From: a virus
Taxonomy: Duplodnaviria; Caudoviricetes
DNA length: 63,666 nucleotides
Direction: 5' to 3' (one strand)
IMG/VR virus record: IMGVR_UViG_3300021438_000015
Location: 1-63,666 of that record
A program made the position numbers and the translations under genes. Under the pieces are notes generated by a model. The model saw nothing but the letters and a program-made list of their open reading frames with translations. It was not told where the DNA came from and did not search any database. Below are positions 38,201-47,187 of the stretch, in pieces. The first letter of the stretch is position 1. The number at the start of each line of letters is the position of its first letter.

Positions 38201-39029
38201 AACCACTACTACAGAGACTCCACCTACAACAGATGAGCCTAAAGTAACTACTACTACCATTGGACCAACCGATACACCTACTACTGGTGAACCAACTACT
38301 GGTGGACCCACATTACCACCACCAACTACACCGACAACTAATAGCCCAACCACTAGCAATCCAACAACATCATCTCCTACAACTGCTGGTCCTCCCCCAT
38401 TTGATCCCGGCCTATGCCCAATAGGCTTTTCTCCAACTCCTATAGGATGTTGCCCAGAAGGGTGGGGTGCAGTAAATGGATTATGTTGTCCACCGGGAGA
38501 AGATTGTGGTGGCGGCGGGGGTGGAGGAAATGATCCAGTTCCTCCAGAAAATCCTCCCGGCGATCCAGCTGATTGTAGAACGTGTTATGACTGTCAAACC
38601 GGCCCCGGTGAAGATCCAGACGGACCATGCTCTGCACAAGAAGTGTGTGGTGGAGATACATGTAGATCTAGAGGTCTTTGGCCATATTTAAATATTTGTA
38701 ATAAAAATAAAAAAGATGCAAAATGGTATCATTCAGCATATTTTTATCATATGCGTGATGCTACACAATGTTTTTATACAGCAACAATAGGTGGTCAAGA
38801 AGTACCGGTAAGAATTTGGAAACAAGGCAAATTTGATTCTCTTGAAGAATGCCAAGGCTGTGAAATTCCAGCTATATGGCAAACTCAGATATGTGACGTA
38901 TATCCATTTTCAAATGCGTGCTATAAAGATTGTAGAAATACACCTGCCTCAGAAATATCTAAAATTCCATGTGATTGGGTTCCACCTCCAGAAGATCCCG
39001 ACGAACCCAATCAGGGCGGTGAACAATAG
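35247..39029 (+). CDS. large mucin-like protein with FN3-like domains, T/S/P tracts and Cys-rich modules
   Basis: Two GPVTG...VSW...ELSNN.G.TW...LAxGxYxIRITP FN3-like domains; several T/S/P tracts; Cys-rich blocks. Confidence 0.8.
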   Translation: MSCPCGSILIPKGTKYSEYGLGLRILHTQGEIVLKLVHDQDSILNNGQEFITTSEKCLVNSDIVINGFELFWDKKFPSIVSLNGSVQVSIKQYLSELILGFENINVLDSEKLSLQQCYSQSVNLFNKKLLVSIKSICFNDISCCGKSPSLSLSPYSKTISIPCLQDRKVGPVTGIIIKHIDINDILVSWDPIVNNRQVFYKLEISNNNGITWSLVNNTIRNEYLIQDLADGTYQIRITPFINIANGDYIMSIYGISLLSNYFTINTSTIGPVTGVTITPVIKTSTTTSTSTTLGGSTTSTSTTLGGSTTSTSTTLGGSTTTFNPIINISTTSSPTGENTDVIVSWTLLNGGSSEVIYLIELSNNGGITWTTIGTTSNTSYLIQNLANGDYIIRITPLQFSNEGWLVITQDANGNTYSNIVASNLLNNFISNLPSEIFIINKIPISLTSVSTEKIFTIPFVASTTSSTSSTSSTSSTSSTSSTSSTSSTSSTSSTSSTSTTTSTTETPCPPAFPCPPFDPIYGSLYEEYTDEFCVQHCLYDNGNVDTTNPPTTTENPSVTSTSTTNGPSTTPVIEPTVTEPPVRTSTSTTVTDSPCPPVPSDFKADIALSSSDNTSTSFVGTVSLPSDSPYNLSSFRLRARTVVTNNDGSQAKDYSAGVFYGIGGNSKYQDILIGSYAVTDEEKCRIKLIFTVAYGTDDPSCGIDNEFIFDNCGTSTTSSTTSTTNTTSSTSSTEPPTTTSTTTNTTGTTSTTSSSSTTDEPTTTRAILTPSTIEPPPSSTTTTTSTSTSTTGSTSTTTTPEPPSTTPTTTTRGPCDPSQVAGTCPPSNDCINWIDGGVNPRTCSKVCIPEEKTGLCCYTEGNASSFFIGTCEECYAKQNVTSFKSGVECQGSECATLCNTFGCDALVGCKQDAGDMSLSDCRDNCMKPYYCYQPGKPCAVSATWVDISTDPNAFTSTFECQQKCTTTATTTIEPPPTTTGTTDQPTTTTETPPTTDEPKVTTTTIGPTDTPTTGEPTTGGPTLPPPTTPTTNSPTTSNPTTSSPTTAGPPPFDPGLCPIGFSPTPIGCCPEGWGAVNGLCCPPGEDCGGGGGGGNDPVPPENPPGDPADCRTCYDCQTGPGEDPDGPCSAQEVCGGDTCRSRGLWPYLNICNKNKKDAKWYHSAYFYHMRDATQCFYTATIGGQEVPVRIWKQGKFDSLEECQGCEIPAIWQTQICDVYPFSNACYKDCRNTPASEISKIPCDWVPPPEDPDEPNQGGEQ
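36102..36200 (+). repeat. 3 x 33-bp perfect tandem repeat (TTSTSTTLGGS)
   Basis: Unit ACCACTAGTACTTCTACCACGCTTGGCGGTTCT. Confidence 0.95.
36639..36740 (+). repeat. 9-bp tandem repeat (SST)n
   Basis: TCTAGTAC(A/T) type units, about 11 copies. Confidence 0.85.
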
Positions 39030-39086
39030 TTAGTTTTTGGCTATAATAGAATAAATAAAGTATTTCAATAAAGGAAAGGAAATTTT

Positions 39087-39689
39087 ATGATTAAATTAAA
39101 AAATCAAATTACTATAAATCCACCCCCATATTCTGATAACAGTGGTAAAATTATAAACCCATCAGAGATGAAATTTGATCAATTAAATGTAGTATTTATA
39201 GATAATCCATTATCAAAGACTGTTTCTGCTCAAATAATATCTTTACCTATCAATATGACAATTTGGAGTGGTTCAGATTATGATTTAATTGGAGATTGGA
39301 CAAAATCTCAGGCTGAACAAAAAATAGAAAGTATGCTTGGTGATGACCCAGCATCTTATATACGATCACTTTATCCTAAAACACTAGAAGAACATCCAAA
39401 TCATCCCGGTACAGTTTTGTCTAAGATGATTAAAAGTGTTGGAATTCAAATGACAGATAGCTGCTCATGCAAACGCCACGCGCTAGAAATGAATGAAAAG
39501 GGAAATGATTGGTGCGACCAGAATATAGATACTATAGTTGGCTGGTTACGAGATGAAGCCAAGCGAAGAAATCTTCCTTTTATGGATGCTCTTGGGAAGA
39601 TATTGGTTGGTCGAGCCATCAAAAAATCCCGCAAATTATTGGCAAATGAGCCAGTTCCAGAAAATGATGAAGATTTAGATACTATCTAG
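39087..39689 (+). CDS. hypothetical two-domain protein
   Basis: C-terminal PGTVLSKMI..CSC..MN..G.DWC..NIDTIVGWLR.EA..R.LPF module. Confidence 0.8.
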   Translation: MIKLKNQITINPPPYSDNSGKIINPSEMKFDQLNVVFIDNPLSKTVSAQIISLPINMTIWSGSDYDLIGDWTKSQAEQKIESMLGDDPASYIRSLYPKTLEEHPNHPGTVLSKMIKSVGIQMTDSCSCKRHALEMNEKGNDWCDQNIDTIVGWLRDEAKRRNLPFMDALGKILVGRAIKKSRKLLANEPVPENDEDLDTI

Positions 39690-39694
39690 TTTTG

Positions 39695-39704
39695 GTGTAT
39701 ATTA
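39695..39704 (+). promoter_or_regulatory. putative late promoter
   Basis: GTGTATATTA before neck operon. Confidence 0.65.
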
Positions 39705-39740
39705 CATAGAGAAGCCAAAAAACAAAAACGGGGACTTTTT

Positions 39741-40262
39741 ATGTCTTGGAGAAGCCAGATACCGTTGATGGTCAGACATTTAATTAATGATCTGGAACCA
39801 TCTAAATATAAGTACTCTGATGATAGAATAGAAACCTCTATTCTCGTTAGTGCGCAAATGTTGACTATAGAAACAGATTTTACTAATTCTTATTCTATAG
39901 ACATAGCTAATGGCGAACTATCTCCAGATCCTACCGATAATAGTATAAAAGACAATGCATTCATAAATTTAACTGCTTTAAAAACTGCTTGTATTATAGT
40001 CGGTAGTGAATTAAAAACCGAAGCTTCTAATGCAATCTCTATCAAAGATGGACCCTCTGCTATAGACTTAAGGGGAGTAGCCTCTACCCTGTCGGTTCTA
40101 TACAAAGACCTCTCTGATAAATATGCCAAACTACTACTGGATTACCGTGCTGGTGGTAGCATAGTTGGACACGCTATTCTTGGTCCATATAGTCCAGCTA
40201 GTGACTACGTTGTTAGAACCCACGGTGATTACGATTCAAGAGGCGGCTATTTTAGATATTAA
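39741..40262 (+). CDS. putative head-tail adaptor
   Basis: VRHLINDL....YSDDRI helical adaptor pattern; synteny. Confidence 0.6.
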   Translation: MSWRSQIPLMVRHLINDLEPSKYKYSDDRIETSILVSAQMLTIETDFTNSYSIDIANGELSPDPTDNSIKDNAFINLTALKTACIIVGSELKTEASNAISIKDGPSAIDLRGVASTLSVLYKDLSDKYAKLLLDYRAGGSIVGHAILGPYSPASDYVVRTHGDYDSRGGYFRY

Positions 40263-40274
40263 TGGAGGATTAAG

Positions 40275-41228
40275 ATGACTGTTAGATCAAAAAGTGATTT
40301 GATTGCATATATAACTGGAGTTATACCAGACAATAATGCTGGTTTGATTTCTGCTGCTGATGTAAGAAATAGTATAGTTGATACTGTTGATTCTATCAAT
40401 CAAATTGTAGCTAGCGGAAATTTTAATTCATCCACCCCGTTTGTAAATCATGTTAGATTACAGCATGAAAACGGTGTCGGCGGAATGTTATATGTTGGAT
40501 CTGGTATTACATTTACCAATGGTGGCGGAACTCAATATGTCCCATATCCCGGCCCAAACGGTTTAGCTCACAACAGCCTTGCTGGATTAGATGTTGGAGA
40601 TCCTCATACTCAATACGTTACTGTTAGCGGAAGTCGCCCATTTACAAACAATGTTGCATTCCACAACAATTGGCTTAATTCTAGTGGATCTGCTACTATT
40701 TTGACAACTACTGGAAGAGGATTACAATTTCAATATGCTGGCACTGGAAACCGAGAAAATATAAATGTTGGGAGTGGTACAACTTTTGTATTCCTAAAAG
40801 ATGGATCACAGGTTAATTCGTCTAGAGGTATAGCAAAAGCTTGGATAAGATTTGAGGGCAGCGGCGTTGGTGGAAATGGAAATCCAGTTGTTAGAGATGC
40901 ATATAATGTATCTGGCATTAGAAAAGATGGAATCGGTAAATTCACTATTATATTTAATTCTGGGATCTTTAAAGATAATTATTATGTTGCTATCGGAAGC
41001 AGTAATGCCAGAAGTACAGCTTCTAACGGTGAAGATTTTAGTCAAAACACAGTATCTACTAGCTATAGAGTAGGTAATGATGCTTCTTCATTGAGATCTG
41101 TAAGCTTTAGAGTACAGGATGATGGAGGAACCTATTGCGATGGATTGATAAATGATTTAGTTGTATTTGGTACAGAACCAACTGGTAGTGGTTACGCTTC
41201 ATCGGTCACTGTTACAAATGTTAGCTAA
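40275..41228 (+). CDS. virion fibre-type protein
   Basis: HNSLAGL..GDPHTQY and AKAWIRF...AYNVSGI...GKFTIIF fibre-tip motifs. Confidence 0.7.
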   Translation: MTVRSKSDLIAYITGVIPDNNAGLISAADVRNSIVDTVDSINQIVASGNFNSSTPFVNHVRLQHENGVGGMLYVGSGITFTNGGGTQYVPYPGPNGLAHNSLAGLDVGDPHTQYVTVSGSRPFTNNVAFHNNWLNSSGSATILTTTGRGLQFQYAGTGNRENINVGSGTTFVFLKDGSQVNSSRGIAKAWIRFEGSGVGGNGNPVVRDAYNVSGIRKDGIGKFTIIFNSGIFKDNYYVAIGSSNARSTASNGEDFSQNTVSTSYRVGNDASSLRSVSFRVQDDGGTYCDGLINDLVVFGTEPTGSGYASSVTVTNVS

Positions 41229-41230
41229 TC

Positions 41231-43198
41231 ATGATAAATCTATACGATAGAATAAAAGAAATAACTTATACAATAGGAACCAGCAACATTGCTCTTAGCG
41301 GTGTTGTTAGGGGATTTTCTTCATTCTCATCTGTATATTCCAATAGTGGTGAATTATTTTATGCCGTAACAGATGGAACTAATTACGAAATTGGTTCTGG
41401 TTTATATTTATCACCTAGTAATCAAATCAAAAGATTTCCAATAAAAAGCACCAATAGTAATAATTTAGTAAATTTTCCAGAAGGTCTTAAAGAAGTTTAT
41501 GTAACATATCCAGCATCTAATGCCGTATTTAATACATCTGGCGTAAGCCCTTTTCCTAAAAATAGTGGTATCCCATTTTGGACTTCAGCAAATTCATTAT
41601 CTTATAGTGATAAATTTATTTTTAATTCTGGTTCATACAAAATTGGACTCAATACAAACAACCCATCTGTTGCTATTGATATTGGTGGAAATCTTGCTTA
41701 TTCTCAAATAAAAGTTTCTGGAATAACAATAAGTAAGTCTGGTATTTATTTTCCATCTGGAAATAATGAAATATCTTCTTATTCTGGAGGTAGACAGTTA
41801 GTACATTTTGAACCAAATTCTTTGGTATTTCCACTGTCAAGCTTATTAGAATTAAGTGGTATAGTAAATCAAAATATTTTACTAAAAAAACAAAGCGCAA
41901 ACATGGTTTTTGCTGGACCATCTGGGGCGTGTACACCACCATGTTCACCAGATTATCCAACTTTTAGATATTTAGTTAAAGGAGATATACCAGAAGAAAT
42001 TTCTAATTTAGATATTGGTGATGAAAATTCATCTAGTTACTTAAGAATATTTTTGCCAACAAGTTTTCCAGAGAATGTTTATAGAGATATTAATGTCATA
42101 GATGTCAACAACGGTGACTCAGTTTTTACTGTTAATGGTTTGGGAAATATAAAAACTGGAACTATAGGATATTCCCAAGTTACCGGTTTAGATTCAATAA
42201 TATCCACAGTTTCTGGCATTAGTTATTCAATATCTGGAATTTTAGATAACAAAATTAATAATATAAATATTAATTCAAAAAATCATATTTGTAATGGTCG
42301 ATTGTCTATAAATTCTGATAATCCATTAGCAGAAGGATCATCAGATAGCTTATATTTTGTTCCATATAATGGTAATCTTATATCATTATATAATGGCAGT
42401 TCGTGGGAAATAGTATCTTTTGATACTACATTGGTAAAAACTGTTTTCACATTATATCCACCTCAAGCACCTGTAGATCCCGCAAATACAGTTTTTGATA
42501 TTTTTGCCTATCTAAACAATGGTAGTGTAAGTTTTGAATCTGTCAATTGGAGTACTAACACTAGTAGAATAAACCCATTAAATAAAAAAGATGGAGTTTA
42601 TGTAAAATCTGGAGATAATACTAGAAGGTATATAGGATCAGTTATGCCAATAAGTTATGGTGGGTATCCACCAACTGGCGGAAATAAGTTCAATAATACT
42701 ATTAATCATAGATATATTTATAATTATTATAATAGAATTCCATTTTTATCTAAATACTCACTATCAAGAACTTGGACTTGCAATTCAAATGCTTGGAGAC
42801 AGCTGCTGAATACATATATTGGATTTTTATCTAGCATAACTATAAATATATTATGTGGAATTCAAGACGACATAATATCTCCAAAAGTTTCTGTTAAATG
42901 TTCCTCTCAGGGTTTGTCTAATACAAACTACATGTTAAGCATTAACAGTAGTAACTTTGATATAAATTCTATAGGATCTCAATTTTACGTTTCACCAACA
43001 CCCACCAAGCACCTAGTAGATATTTTTTCGGCAGATTCAACAGATTATATAGATAAACAATTATATGGATCTATGACACAAATTGTTCCAATTGGAATAA
43101 ATAATTACTATGTTGTCGAGAAAGTGTTGTCTGGTAAAAATTCTCCCAATCTTACTTTTGATTATGAGAATGGTATTTTTGCAGAATGGAGATGTTAA
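41231..43198 (+). CDS. tail-fibre-like protein
   Basis: DRIKE.T.TIGT..IALSG N-terminus; CNGRL...YFVPYNGN...RRYIGS C-terminal domain. Confidence 0.75.
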   Translation: MINLYDRIKEITYTIGTSNIALSGVVRGFSSFSSVYSNSGELFYAVTDGTNYEIGSGLYLSPSNQIKRFPIKSTNSNNLVNFPEGLKEVYVTYPASNAVFNTSGVSPFPKNSGIPFWTSANSLSYSDKFIFNSGSYKIGLNTNNPSVAIDIGGNLAYSQIKVSGITISKSGIYFPSGNNEISSYSGGRQLVHFEPNSLVFPLSSLLELSGIVNQNILLKKQSANMVFAGPSGACTPPCSPDYPTFRYLVKGDIPEEISNLDIGDENSSSYLRIFLPTSFPENVYRDINVIDVNNGDSVFTVNGLGNIKTGTIGYSQVTGLDSIISTVSGISYSISGILDNKINNININSKNHICNGRLSINSDNPLAEGSSDSLYFVPYNGNLISLYNGSSWEIVSFDTTLVKTVFTLYPPQAPVDPANTVFDIFAYLNNGSVSFESVNWSTNTSRINPLNKKDGVYVKSGDNTRRYIGSVMPISYGGYPPTGGNKFNNTINHRYIYNYYNRIPFLSKYSLSRTWTCNSNAWRQLLNTYIGFLSSITINILCGIQDDIISPKVSVKCSSQGLSNTNYMLSINSSNFDINSIGSQFYVSPTPTKHLVDIFSADSTDYIDKQLYGSMTQIVPIGINNYYVVEKVLSGKNSPNLTFDYENGIFAEWRC

Positions 43199-43711
43199 AT
43201 GTTATATCATCTATTAAATCAAATAGCTTCTGTTATTCCAATACAAATGTTATCAGAAACAGAAAATGGCATAGAAGTTTCTTATTACGAAGATAATCTA
43301 CCATCTCAAGAACAACTAACACAGATTAATAATTTATTACAAAATTGGCCTTTACATCAAATAAAATTAATAAAACTAGAAGAACTAAATGCTATATGGA
43401 ATAATGTGATTAAAAATGGATGGTTGTCGCCAGATGGATATAGACTAGGAATAGATATACAAGATGTTGCCCTCTTAAATGGTGCATTTACACTGGCAAA
43501 AGAAGCTGATTCTATGGGAATAGAAACTCCATTTTCAATAATAGATTTAGATGGAATCTCTCATACATTATCTTTGCAAGACTTAACTGTTTTGATGCTA
43601 CAATACGGTCAAGCCAGAGCATCTTTAAGTAACTCATATGCCACAATAAAACAGTCCATTAATAACTCTACAACAATAGAAGAACTAAACGCTATCAATT
43701 TAACAATATAA
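43199..43711 (+). CDS. DUF4376-like fibre-associated protein
   Basis: Ends IKQSINNSTTIEELNAI; follows fibre gene. Confidence 0.6.
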   Translation: MLYHLLNQIASVIPIQMLSETENGIEVSYYEDNLPSQEQLTQINNLLQNWPLHQIKLIKLEELNAIWNNVIKNGWLSPDGYRLGIDIQDVALLNGAFTLAKEADSMGIETPFSIIDLDGISHTLSLQDLTVLMLQYGQARASLSNSYATIKQSINNSTTIEELNAINLTI

Positions 43712-43719
43712 GGTGATTT

Positions 43720-44202
43720 ATGCCAGTAAATGTTCCAGAGAGCGTTTTTGAAAAATATTACGATGTTATAGATTCTACATTTGATATTTTTGGTGTAACA
43801 TGCCAACTGGTTTCTATTGATAAAATGGAAGAAATAGTTTATACTCCCACCAATAATATTCCAGAAAAAAATTCTATAAATGTACATAGACTCAGAGATG
43901 GGGACTATGAACGAAGCAATAAGATAATTAAAGAAGTAGAAGTTTTAACAGACATCAAGCTTAAAGTATATTGGAATCCAAAGGAGTGGATTAATGTCAC
44001 TGGTGCTATTCAAGTGCCAGACAATGTAATTCAGACTATTGGATTTATGAAAGATTTACCGCAAATTTTAAAAGCAAAGGCTCTTATAGTTCATAAAGAT
44101 ATAGCAGAATACAAAGAGATGAGATTTCAGAGAATGGGAGAACATATCCCAATGGGCTTAAGACAAAATAGATATTTTTCTTGTCTTTGGAGTAGAGTAT
44201 GA
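43720..44202 (+). CDS. putative head closure protein
   Basis: Size, beta-rich composition and synteny in neck module. Confidence 0.5.
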   Translation: MPVNVPESVFEKYYDVIDSTFDIFGVTCQLVSIDKMEEIVYTPTNNIPEKNSINVHRLRDGDYERSNKIIKEVEVLTDIKLKVYWNPKEWINVTGAIQVPDNVIQTIGFMKDLPQILKAKALIVHKDIAEYKEMRFQRMGEHIPMGLRQNRYFSCLWSRV

Positions 44203-44840
44203 GCATTAGTCTCAAGTTAGTCCAATCGGTTGATGAAATAGAAAATAGCATATTATCTGCTATTGCTAGTGAATTTAATGCCTTAATGAAGTCTAATAAG
44301 TCTAAGATATTAAGTGAAATTAAACTTTTAATACCATCGTGGTTGTTTAGTCAGCCAGAAATTCAATCTTTATCATCTAATGACTCTACGTCTTTAGTTG
44401 GTCAATTTGGTATAACTACTGATTCATCATCTATAATAAATGCCATAATATCGTCAGTTGTAAATTCATGTAGTATATCAATAATTCCATATGATAAAAA
44501 ATTAAAAAGCGGCGGCGTCGAAATTAATATTCAACCCGACGATTTTTCTAATTTACTTAGTCTACCAGAAGGGCATTCTGTTTATTTAGGTGGTGATCTA
44601 CACTGGTTAGATTGGTTATTGAACAGGGGCGATGAAGTTATAGTTGTTGGTTATCAGTATAATCCACAAACTGGTTTAGGAAGATCTAACCTTGGGAATA
44701 TGAAATCTGGAGGATCTTTTAGAGTACCACCAGAATTTTCTGGAACTAAGGAAAATAATTTTATCACTCGCGCAATGACGGGGCTTGAACAAGAAAAACA
44801 AGTAAGCAAAATTTTTGAGAAAATCTTAGGTGTACGATGA
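44199..44840 (+). CDS. putative neck/tail completion protein
   Basis: LHWLDWLL, FRVPPEFSGT..NNFITRA; synteny. Confidence 0.5.
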   Translation: MSISLKLVQSVDEIENSILSAIASEFNALMKSNKSKILSEIKLLIPSWLFSQPEIQSLSSNDSTSLVGQFGITTDSSSIINAIISSVVNSCSISIIPYDKKLKSGGVEINIQPDDFSNLLSLPEGHSVYLGGDLHWLDWLLNRGDEVIVVGYQYNPQTGLGRSNLGNMKSGGSFRVPPEFSGTKENNFITRAMTGLEQEKQVSKIFEKILGVR

Positions 44841-45808
44841 ACTACCTTAATTTAAAAGGATTTGATAGCGTATTTGACACCACTCTTAATAATGAGTTGC
44901 AAGATAATATAGTTGAATTTTTAGAATGGTCATTGCTTGAAAAGGGAAACTATATGAATGTTTCTCTTGGAGAGTTATCTCCAGATGGGTTAGATTATAG
45001 CAAATTAAGAATATCTTCTAACTCATCTTTTCCAAGTGGCAAAGCTTGGGAAGGATTTCGTCAGAATTGGGTTTGGCAAAGTGGTGTTTCTTATAATCCC
45101 CCACCAATTGTTGGGAGTAATAGTGCTATTCCCGGTATTTCTGGAGTTTATGTGAATAATGTATTTTATCCATCAAATACCTCGGGAACATATAGTCATA
45201 AAGTAGACTACTTCAATGGTAGAATTATATTTAATAATTCAATTCCAACAAACAGCATAGTCAGAGCAGAATATAGTTATAGATATATTAATGTAGTATA
45301 TGCTAATAGTTTGCCTTGGTTAGCAGAAATCCAATATTCATCCCTAAACTTGGGCGAAGACTTTAATACTGTTAATAAAGGTAAATATGATATTCCAACA
45401 GAGGCTAGAGTTCAATTACCAGCAATAGCAGTCGAGATTGTTCCACGAAGAACTCTTAGAGGGTATCAACTTGGTGGTGGCCAATGGGTAGACACTGATA
45501 TTCTATTTCATTGCTTGGCAGAAGATGAATATACTCGTAATAAATTGGTAGATATTATATCTCTACAAAATGATAAAACTATATATATGTTTAATAGTAA
45601 TGATATCGCTAGAAGCGGGGCATTTCCATTAGATTATCATGGTTTTCCCGTTTCTGGTGCTTTAAGATATCCAGATTTAGTAGAAAATTACTATCGTGGA
45701 AGCTTGAGGCTTAAAAATTCTAATGTTCAAAATATGAAGTTAGTAAATAGTAACTTTTATGCTGGTATTGTAAGGATGACCCTAGAGACAATCGAAACAT
45801 CAATATAA
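44837..45808 (+). CDS. putative tail terminator protein
   Basis: QLPAIAVE...GYQLGGG..DILFHCLAE; directly before tail tube. Confidence 0.55.
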   Translation: MNYLNLKGFDSVFDTTLNNELQDNIVEFLEWSLLEKGNYMNVSLGELSPDGLDYSKLRISSNSSFPSGKAWEGFRQNWVWQSGVSYNPPPIVGSNSAIPGISGVYVNNVFYPSNTSGTYSHKVDYFNGRIIFNNSIPTNSIVRAEYSYRYINVVYANSLPWLAEIQYSSLNLGEDFNTVNKGKYDIPTEARVQLPAIAVEIVPRRTLRGYQLGGGQWVDTDILFHCLAEDEYTRNKLVDIISLQNDKTIYMFNSNDIARSGAFPLDYHGFPVSGALRYPDLVENYYRGSLRLKNSNVQNMKLVNSNFYAGIVRMTLETIETSI

Positions 45809-45813
45809 TTTTA

Positions 45814-45823
45814 GTGTATAACT
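45814..45823 (+). promoter_or_regulatory. putative late promoter
   Basis: GTGTATAACT before tail tube gene. Confidence 0.6.
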
Positions 45824-45858
45824 AACTAGAGCTTACCATCTTAAAATAGGAGAGAATT

Positions 45859-47112
45859 ATGCCAGTTTCCAACAATTCCAGAATTTTCTATGCTTGCCAA
45901 GCTGTTGCTATGGAGTCTCTAAATGCCACAACTAATAATGGCATTATTACATATAGTGTGTCTTCCCCAAGCAATGCTGCCGCAAAGAATAACGGTGGAG
46001 TACAATTACTACACGGTGTTCAAAGTGTTGGTATTAACACAACATTTAATCTAGAACAAGTTTTCGAACTAGGTCAAATCCATATTTATGAAAACATTGA
46101 AGGTGTACCAGACGTTGAAGTTACATTAGAAAAAGTTTTAGATGGTTATCCTTTGATGTATCACGTTGCTTCAACGGCTGTTAAAGATGACAATGCTGTT
46201 ACTGGTGACGCAAAAGCTGCGTTAGTCGCTAGAGTAAAACCCAGATGCAATGTTTATCTTGGTATTTTCCCAGATACTATATCTAATATTGGTGATACTT
46301 CTGACGCCGCTATTGAAGTTCAAATGAGTGGAATGTACATAAGTAGTATTGGTTATACAATCCCTGTAGATGGCAATGCTACAGAATCTCTCACTTTAGT
46401 TGGAAATCATAAACAATGGTCCACATCGCCATCCAAAATGAATTCTACTTTAGCTAAACAGCTTGGAAGTGGTATTGGTACTTTATATTATGATTCTCCA
46501 TTAAATAATCAAAGTCAAGCCGGTGTATTTAGAGGCGGTGTTCAAAGAAGAGAAAATGTGGCATTAAATAAATCCATTCTTCCACAATCTATAGCTGGTA
46601 CAAAAGCTAATTCTAGCCCCGGTAATGCATGGTCTGGAACAACTAATAGTACAGGAGTTCCATTAGTTCACGTACAGAACATCGCTATTAAATGTGATTT
46701 AAATAGAGAGGCTGTTCAAGAACTTGGAAGAAAAGGCCCATATACTCGCTATGCTAATTTCCCAGTAGAAGTAACATGTGAAATTGAAGCTATAGCATCT
46801 TCTGGGGACTTTGTTCAAGCTCTTGAAGAAGGGATTAAGTCAGGAACAGGATTCAATGTTGGTCAAGAAAATTATGGTAATAATACCAAAAATGAAGCTA
46901 TTAGAATTGCTCTTCATGATGGTACTATTTTAGATCTTGGTGCTAACAATAGATTATCTTCGGTTAATTACACTGGAGGTGATGCTGGCGGCGGAAACGC
47001 TACTGTTACTTATAGTTATAGTACATACAATGCTTTGAATGTACTGCATCCAGCTGATCCCGCAAGTGTTGGTGCTGGATCGTTTGGTAATTTTAATTAT
47101 AACGGTCAGTAA
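45859..47112 (+). CDS. major tail tube protein
   Basis: GVQSVGINTTFNLEQVFELG, RE.VQELG..PYTRYANFPVEV; strong RBS; synteny. Confidence 0.75.
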   Translation: MPVSNNSRIFYACQAVAMESLNATTNNGIITYSVSSPSNAAAKNNGGVQLLHGVQSVGINTTFNLEQVFELGQIHIYENIEGVPDVEVTLEKVLDGYPLMYHVASTAVKDDNAVTGDAKAALVARVKPRCNVYLGIFPDTISNIGDTSDAAIEVQMSGMYISSIGYTIPVDGNATESLTLVGNHKQWSTSPSKMNSTLAKQLGSGIGTLYYDSPLNNQSQAGVFRGGVQRRENVALNKSILPQSIAGTKANSSPGNAWSGTTNSTGVPLVHVQNIAIKCDLNREAVQELGRKGPYTRYANFPVEVTCEIEAIASSGDFVQALEEGIKSGTGFNVGQENYGNNTKNEAIRIALHDGTILDLGANNRLSSVNYTGGDAGGGNATVTYSYSTYNALNVLHPADPASVGAGSFGNFNYNGQ

Positions 47113-47187
47113 TAGATAATCATAGTTAAAAATTTATTAGGATTTTTAAGGAAACAAAAATGAGACTCCCGCTTGTGAGAAAGCTTT

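Noticed and set aside
34257-38359. Val/Leu-rich minus-strand ORFs resembling membrane proteins
   Set aside because: Antisense reading of the Thr/Ser repeat codons
18984-43198. Diversity-generating retroelement acting on fibre genes
   Set aside because: No reverse transcriptase and no adenine-specific template/variable repeat pair seen in the window
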